Source: Octopus vulgaris (lineage: Eukaryota). Taken from it: DNA of 64,000 nt. Position 1 is the first letter of the stretch. Each line of letters opens with the position of its first letter. The stretch lies in the NCBI GenBank assembly GCA_951406725.2, contig OX597828.1:5828001-5892000 (forward strand). The letters run 5' to 3'. Positions 56,880 to 64,000 of the stretch are shown piece by piece. Below the pieces are notes generated by a model. That model did no database searches and was not told where the DNA came from. It saw only the letters and a list, made by a program, of their open reading frames with translations. The position numbers and the translations under genes are program-made.

Positions 56880-57050
56880 GACGGTGATTGTGTGTCTGTG
56901 CTTGTCCTCCCAACATCGCCTGACAACCGATGCTGGTGGGTAACCTAGCGGTTCGGCAAAAGAGTCCGATAGAATAAGTACTACGCTTACAAATAATAAG
57001 TCCTAGCATTGATTTGCTCGACTAAAAGACTGCAACAAATAAAAGAATAA
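56880..57050 (+). mobile_element. SINE family A, 3' half
   Basis: CCCAACATCGCCTGACAACCGATGCTGG...GCGGTTCGGCAAAAGAG...GATAGAATAAGTACT. Confidence 0.75.
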
Positions 57051-57109
57051 CAGACTATATATATACATATATGTGTGTGTGTGTGTGTGTGCATGTATAT
57101 ATACGTATA

Positions 57110-57155
<46 letters not shown>

Positions 57156-57494
57156 GCTTATATCTATGTGTGCGCGCGTGTTTATCTTCATGCATTGGGG
57201 TATTTAGTTTGAAATTGCGTAGAGTTGATTAAAATCATGGAAATTGTTTCTAACCAGATTGTAAAAGAAGTGAATTGCTAGAACGTCATGTTTACTGTGT
57301 TCATACTACGAAATGTTGCTGTGTACAATCTAGCTATGCGCAACTTATTTAGCGATTTTAAATATAGGGCTGTTATTGTCAACAACGAAAAACGAATTAA
57401 AGCGACGAGTTTAAGTCACTTGAGGAATTGAAGCAGTGCAAGTATGATTAGAAATTCTACATTGCTTACAGGCAATCAAACTGTGCAAGCATTT

Positions 57495-57805
57495 ATATTA
57501 TGTACCGTATTAACTAGGTGTACTTATTTCTTATTTTTCTTTTATATTTTCCCCCTGTAAATACCAAAGCTTACTCTAATAGTTTTTACAGTGTGTTCTC
57601 TGACAACACACATTCGTTTGTTCGCAATTGAGATATACATTTTCCTCTATATATTATGTACCGTATTGAACTAAGGCGCACGTATTTCTTATATTTCTCT
57701 TCAGTTTTCCATGTCACAACTAGAACATATTCTTACAGTGTTTTACAGAGTGCATTGTATCAATGCCCGTTTGTTTCTTGGAAATCGTGATAGGTATTTT
57801 CATAT
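57495..57805. repeat. Diverged tandem duplication, unit about 155 bp
   Basis: Both units begin TATATTATGTACCGTATT and share TATTTCTTAT...TTTTACAG...CGTTTGTT. Confidence 0.7.
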
Positions 57806-58012
57806 GGAAAATGAAGACGTTAAGGAGATTAATAAAATGTGAACGGGGTTATATGCTTTTAGATACGTCCATTTTCAAGCTCTTTTATAATAATTCTCCA
57901 TACCATAGATTATGCCGCTCTTTGTGAAAAGACTACGGTTTTGCTGGAATACCGTCTGGCAGAATTTTTATTCTAAAAAACCTGACCACAGTAATTTTGT
58001 TCTATATACCCA

Positions 58013-58084
58013 TGGGCATATGGTGTAGTGGTTAAGAGCACGGGCTACTAACCCCAATATTCCGGGTTCGTTTCCAGGCAGTGA

Positions 58085-58129
<45 letters not shown>

Positions 58130-58270
58130 CAACAACATCGAAAAATATCTTAGGAATGAGAACCGAGGTTTCAAATTTCCCCCAAGACACCTGAAGAAGG
58201 CTAGAGGTATTCCAGCCGAAAAGTTGTGTTAAGGATGAGGACAATATCCGTCAAATGTAAATAATGTAAA
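58013..58270 (+). mobile_element. tRNA-headed SINE-like element with (AAT)n linker and hammerhead-bearing tail
   Basis: A box TGGTGTAGTGG at 58021, B box GGTTCGTTTCC at 58065, (AAT)n, then a hammerhead motif. Confidence 0.7.
58186..58230 (+). ncRNA. Minimal type I hammerhead motif (probably decayed in stem III)
   Basis: GACAC-CTGAAGA-A-GGCT...AGCC-GAAA-AGTT-GTGTT. Confidence 0.65.
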
Positions 58271-58416
58271 TTATGCCCAGTAATTTTGTTATACCTGGTA
58301 GTTATTGTATCAGACACTTTTGCTGAACCATGAAGTCACAGGAACGTAAAAACACAGCACAGTTTATTAGCGGGGAGGGAAGACAAACACTAAGGCACAA
58401 ACATAATACATATACG

Positions 58417-58454
<38 letters not shown>

Positions 58455-59240
58455 AAGGGAGAGAGAGAGAGCGAGAGAGAGAAATTCGTACAAACATACA
58501 TATACATGACTGAAGTCAATAGACACCCTTTGTAATCATACCCTTTGAATTTTCAATGCAAGGATTATATTAGGCCTTATTGCTTTACATTAATGTTGTT
58601 AAACTGTTATTAAATTATTTACGGCAAATATACATATATTTATATATTTATTGTTTTGTTATAGTATCTAAATTAATTTATGTTACTTTTTAGGACCTGA
58701 AGAGTGGCTAAATACCTTTAAATTGGAATTATGATGAATTTAAATTTTTTTAAATGAAATTTTGATATTATCTATTTATATATTTAGTCATGTGACGCGC
58801 GTACTCATTTTAATGTTTTGATCTGTTATGGGATTTTTAGAATAATGATTATAAGATACCTAATTAATTTCTATGTGGTTATTATTGATAATATCTTTTA
58901 ACCATTGATGAATAACTAAATAGCGGTTTGTCTCTTAATTCTAAATATATATATAATATATTGAGAATTTTGATTTAGTTTGATAAATAAAATTTTTCCC
59001 CTGTTAGCTTGGAATTATTACATTCCCTAACTATTAATTATATATATATATATATATACATATAAATTAATAAATAAAATATATGCATACATAAATACAT
59101 ATATATATATATATATGAGTACAGGACACCACAAATAGACGTAGAACTCAACGAGAAACGAAAACGTAAAAACAAACATGGAAACGGACTTTTTTAACAA
59201 AGAAAAAACAGAGTACAAGACAAACAATACAAGGAAAATT

Positions 59241-59302
59241 CCCCTTCATCAGCTGTCCCTATTTCGACTCCATGCGTGTTTCGAAGGTAAGGACAGAACA
59301 CG
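59241..59302 (-). ncRNA. Candidate non-circularly permuted hammerhead ribozyme (copy B) within a repeat element at about 59115-59480
   Basis: Minus strand CGTGT-T-CTGTCCTTA-CCTTC-GAAA-CACG ... TAGGGACAG-CTGATGA-A-GGGG. Confidence 0.7.
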
Positions 59303-59534
59303 ACTCGTCGAACTAGCCCTTCCTGCGAAAGAATTAAATAAATTTCCTTTGCAGAGGGGTAAAAACAAGGAAAGAAAAAAATGTGACAAAAACAGGACGT
59401 AAAAACAATACAAATAAAAAACAAAGACAAAATAAAAATACAAATACAAAAAAATACAGTACAATTTATTGCATGACTGAGCGCCCTCGCGTTGTTTCGT
59501 TTCTTTTCTATTCTCCAAGAAAGTTTATATATAT

Positions 59535-60645
59535 CTGTAAGTATAATATGTGACAATTATTCGGTAGCCATGATAAAATTCCGAGTTTAGGATATCGGGG
59601 CGGTAACAACGCCGGCATCTCTTCAGTTATCGGCCATCGAAAAAGGTACTATGGAAATTACCGTTAAAACAAAGGGAAATTACTCTATATCCGCTAAGGA
59701 CACGGTTTCGACGAAGAAATACGTAGGCCCTACAGGGGGTAATTACTAGGCCAGGTTCAATAATCACACCTTGAGCTTCAGGCCCCAAAATGACCACATT
59801 ATCCAGTCATATATGGTCTTTAAAAGATAAAGGTGTCACTTAAAACATGCATTGGAAGATCTTAGCTAAGTATAAGCCCTACACCAACGGCAATGGAATG
59901 TGCGATCTTTGTGATATGGAAAGGTGGCTCATCTGAAAAAGCAGCTTAGACTCTGCCACGAGTCTAAATTCAAGAACTGAACTTTTTGGATCATGTCCAT
60001 ATGGGCCTAAATATTTGTTACGTTTTTGGTCCCCCCCCCCCGAGATTACAGATAGCACTTGCTTTCTATATTGTGTCCACATACAAGCTTTTTATCTCTC
60101 TATATTTTTACTTATATTTCTTATATATTCTTTATATTTTTTTACATAATTATAGAGATATTGTTTTATAGTTTTATTGCTCTTATATTTATTTTACACA
60201 TAATTGTTCTCAATTCTACCTTCCACCCTGCATTTTCCTGTGCGTATATAGACGTGTATATGGAACTTTTTGTGCGAGCGTGAGGATGTGTGCACGTGTG
60301 TGTGTGCGAGCGCGTATGTGGGTATGTATACATTTTTTGGCGAATGTGTGGATGAGCATATGTGTGTTTCAAGTGAGGGTGAATGAGTATATACATATAG
60401 GCGCATGTACGTAGGTGTGCGGGCAAGCATGTGTATGTATGGACATGCTCCTTTACGCGATTACTATGAATATTTTTACTCCCTTAACTTTACTCCCTCT
60501 CCTTACTTAGCGGGCATTCTAATAGCTCTTTTGTCTTAATAACGGTTAATCACACAGTAGTATTTATAGCATTTTTCCGATGGCCCGATAACTGAAGAGA
60601 TGCTGGCACGGGTTTCAACCTCGACATTCGAAACTCGGAGTTATA
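59535..60645 (+). mobile_element. 5'-truncated Penelope-like element: decayed GIY-YIG endonuclease C-terminus flanked by inverted pseudo-LTRs
   Basis: KKYVGPTGGNY*ARFNNHTLSF, TTLSSHIWSLKDKG, WKILAKYKPY...CDLCDMER...LNSRTELF at about 59700-60000; inverted repeats at about 59577-59645 and 60572-60643, each with a CTGAAGA hammerhead core. Confidence 0.8.
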
Positions 60646-60661
60646 TATATATATATATATA

Positions 60662-61021
60662 TGGGTAGCACTCCGTCGGTTACGACGACGAGGGTTCCGG
60701 TTGATCCGATCAACGGAACAGCCTGCTCGTGAAATTAACGAGTGGTGTACCCTTAACGTAGTTCTCGGGGATATTCAGCGTGACACAGAGAGTGACAAGG
60801 CCGGCTCTTTGAAATACAGGTAAAACAGAAACAGGAAGTAAGAGTGAGAGAAAGTTGTGGTGAAAGAGTACAGCAGGGATCACCACCATCCCCTGCCGGA
60901 GCCTTGTGGAGCTTTAGGTGTTTTCAGTCAATAAACACTCACAACGCCCGGTCTGGGAATCGAAACCGCGATCCTACGACCGCGAGTCCGCTGCCCTAAC
61001 TACTGGGCCATTGCGCCTCCA
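60662..61021 (-). mobile_element. tRNA-derived SINE, full length (resembles octopus OR-type SINEs)
   Basis: Minus head GGAGGCGCAATGGCCCAGTAGTTAGGGCAGCGGACTCGCGGTCGTAGGATCGCGGTTTCGATTCCCAG with A and B boxes; inserted in a TA tract. Confidence 0.85.
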
Positions 61022-61767
61022 CATATATATATATAAAAGCAATGTTGTCAAATTTAGAATGTTTATATAAGTTTGTGTATAGCAAAGCATATGTATTTGT
61101 AAGCTTGCGTATCTGTGTATGTGTAAGTGAAAGTATGCTTGTGCTTAAGCACGCATACACACGACGGTATGTATATGTATCAATTCAAACTTGTGTATGT
61201 ATACTGGCCTCTATAGATGCCAATAACATCGCTACAAGTTTTTTTCCCCACCCCTCCTTCGTTCCTTTTTCTCTCTTTCCATTTCTTTCGTTCCCCCTCC
61301 TTGCTCAGTATATGAGAATTGCTACATAGATGAATTTTAGCTTGCGTGCGAGACGGTTTGCGTCAATATATGTACACATGCTTCTATGTGTATAATTTAG
61401 ATTCATATTCATACGTCTGTATATGTATGTATGGCGTTTACGCGCATCCTTTTGTGTATGTTGATATATATATGTGGATTTTAATATAAATATGTATTGC
61501 AGTATTTATAACAGGTTTAATTTCTATGCATTAATTTGTACTGTCTTCATTAACGGCAATAGGTTTATTCCTCGGTTTTTTCCTCGGATTTTATAATTTT
61601 TATAAGTGTTTTTATATATATATATACATATATTTTTGACCTTTTTGTTTATCGCTCGAAGATTGGCCGTTTTTTCTAAAGGGCCAATCAAACAAGTCCA
61701 TTTCATTTTAAAGGTGTAGCGTTTGTAAGAGTATAGATTGAATTAATATATAAGTTCCATTCTAGCA

Positions 61768-61814
61768 AAAACTGTCTGATGAACGGCAACGAGAAACTCA
61801 GAGTAACAGATTTT
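61768..61814 (+). ncRNA. Minimal type I hammerhead motif in a PLE-like terminal repeat (about 61500-61842)
   Basis: CTGT-CTGATGA-ACGGCAACGA-GAAA-CTCAGAG-TA-ACAG; GUA site, predicted cut after 61805. Confidence 0.7.
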
Positions 61815-61841
61815 GTTGAATTTTCTGCTGCTTAAAATAAA

Positions 61842-61908
<67 letters not shown>

Positions 61909-62659
61909 TGTTATGTGAGAGCTAACAAACGGACGACCAAACGCACGAATGAATCAATGAATGAATGAACTTGCATATGTGACCATCAAAATTATCCTGC
62001 TCGTTTCCAGTTAGTATATGTAATTTATTGTGAAGTGCATGAAGTTATTAGGTTATAGAATAACATCAGTAACACCATGGCTACTCCTACAAATAACAGA
62101 ACAAACTTATTTACTTATATATTTATATTTTTATTTACTAACTTTGTGTAAAATTACATTCGTTGTTTCTTCTTCATTTCTGAATGACATATTTAAAGAA
62201 TTATCTCTCAAAAATAATAATACTGCATAAAAAAACAAACACAATTCACGAGTAATAAATCTTAACTACTTTTATCTGTTTATCGAATTTTCTCTAATTT
62301 CTATAGTGAACAAATTGAGGATATTAATATGAAATGAATTGCTGTAACTCAAATACGCACTATAATTACCTTTCTTTCTTTCTGGAGATAAAACTTAAAT
62401 ATATGAGATGACGCTGGTGGTTTCAACGATCATTACTAAGAGACGGGCACTAAGTGTTGACGGCTTTCATTTTACAATCAAGGATACGACATTAATAAGC
62501 AGCAACTTGTGCCTTGCCACTTTTTTGTGCTTTACTTTAACTCACATGGGTACATCTCTTTACTCCTTACTAGTGACAAGGAACAATTTGAGTCAGATAT
62601 CATTTACTACCAAGAGAAAAAAGCCTGTTATTCCTTTCATTGATTCCATTATCATATCT

Positions 62660-63800
62660 GTTCACTAAACTCTGACCAGTATGTCCCATCTTATTTTTGT
62701 TTACGACCTGAAATTGAACTGGCCTTAAAATCAATCACATAAAAACAAAAACAATAACCCAGTGTGTTTCAGATGTTGGAATCGAATGAAAGTTGCTGAG
62801 TCCAAACGGACACTTCTTTTAAAAATAAGTTATGCAAAAATGTGTCCTCCTCTGACTATATAACCTCCACAGCCGGATAATAATTTTAAGTATCTTGGAT
62901 AGAATGAGAGTGTCAGATATGAGGAACCTATAAATTAGGTGAGGACCAGGAATCAATACCTCGGGAGAAGAAAGAGAATATGGTCACCAGGACTCTCGGT
63001 TTACAAGTTTATTGCCCATAACATCTCTGTACTGCCTATCCTCACGCCTACATTTGGTCTTCTGAATTGGTCTATGTAAGATTTCAGTAAGATAGATGTT
63101 CGAACTCACAAGCTCCTCAGTGTTACAGGAAACTTCAGCATCAGTGAGACATACAGAGTCTATACTTCACACACAAGTCTAGCACCCGTGATCTCAGTTC
63201 TGTATTGATGTCATATGAAGCACGTATTTGTCATTCAAATAACATCTACAGCTGAATAAAGAGACCAGTAACTATCTTGTCCCAAGTTTGTGATCATGGA
63301 ATCAGCAACATTATTAGGAGAGCTAATGAACTTTAGGAGAGGTAATGAAATAAGGGCTGGTACGGACCTCTTCCCAAAGAGTATTGGTACAATCTCTTTA
63401 TGAGAAGAACAAAGTAAAAACTGAACCGGTTTCCTAAAAATATAGTATGTGAACACTTGACACGGAAAGCACAATCATAGAAGGAATTTATTATACCAAA
63501 AGCTTGCCAACGGGCACCTTCAACTTTATGACATCTTACTTCGAAGGCCGCCTCCTTGCAATTCAAGATCAAGAGATCCCCACCAAGTATCTACTGCATA
63601 AAATCAAAACTGAAGGTAGTATTACGAAATGCGTGAGAATGTTTCGCGATATCATCTTCCTTTGCGGCCCATGCGATGCACAGAACGGTTTGGAAGAGGT
63701 TAAATATAAGACAACGCCTACAAACGTAGCTGGTGTTATTGAGGTTGATGGGTCAAAAGAATAAGGATAGGACTTAAAACTTCAAACCGCCACCTAGTTA
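62660..63800 (+). mobile_element. Decayed R4/Dong-like non-LTR retrotransposon
   Basis: SHLI..DLKL (RT xDD region remnant), FKYLG, IAHNISVLPILTPTFGLLNW, TSYFEGRLLAIQDQEIPTKYL...KC. Confidence 0.72.
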
Positions 63801-64000
63801 AAAGCACAATCGGACAGATATTGTTGTGCGGACCACAAGAAAAAATTATATTGTGAAAATCAGCTGCTCTCTGAACACGCATATGGTTAGAAACTTACAC
63901 GAGGACGTCTATTTACCATTAATAAGGAGTTTGCAAATCCAATACCCACGACACGCTTCATACCTGTTATTAGTATTGGAGCAACAAGATACATACCAAC

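Noticed and set aside
60940-61021. tRNA-like sequence on the minus strand (also 58013-58085)
   Set aside because: No proper acceptor stem and continuous with a SINE body, so these are SINE heads rather than tRNA genes.

Overview
AT-rich eukaryotic genomic DNA, not prokaryotic. It is saturated with (TA)n, (CA)n, (AAT)n and (TACA)n microsatellites, and the SINE repertoire resembles octopus/cephalopod DNA (inference). No intact host protein-coding gene is recognisable; most ORFs in the supplied track are microsatellite or chance ORFs. The window is a transposon graveyard: several tRNA-derived SINE families, three R4/Dong-like restriction-endonuclease retrotransposon fragments (one inside a TAA repeat), a near full-length mariner with TIRs and TA duplication, further mariner/Tc1 remnants, a non-autonomous Helitron, a 172-bp-arm palindrome, and many Penelope-like (PLE) terminal-repeat fragments carrying hammerhead ribozyme motifs. 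The main observation concerns two sequence-divergent elements (40278-40340 + and 59241-59302 -) plus a decayed third (27733-27789 -). They contain the three hammerhead strands, with covarying stems, in an order (cleavage strand, GAAA strand, CUGAUGA strand) that is not a type I, II or III circular permutation. This suggests a rearranged, pseudoknotted or multimer-dependent hammerhead family. A tRNA-headed SINE with a hammerhead in its tail is also present.
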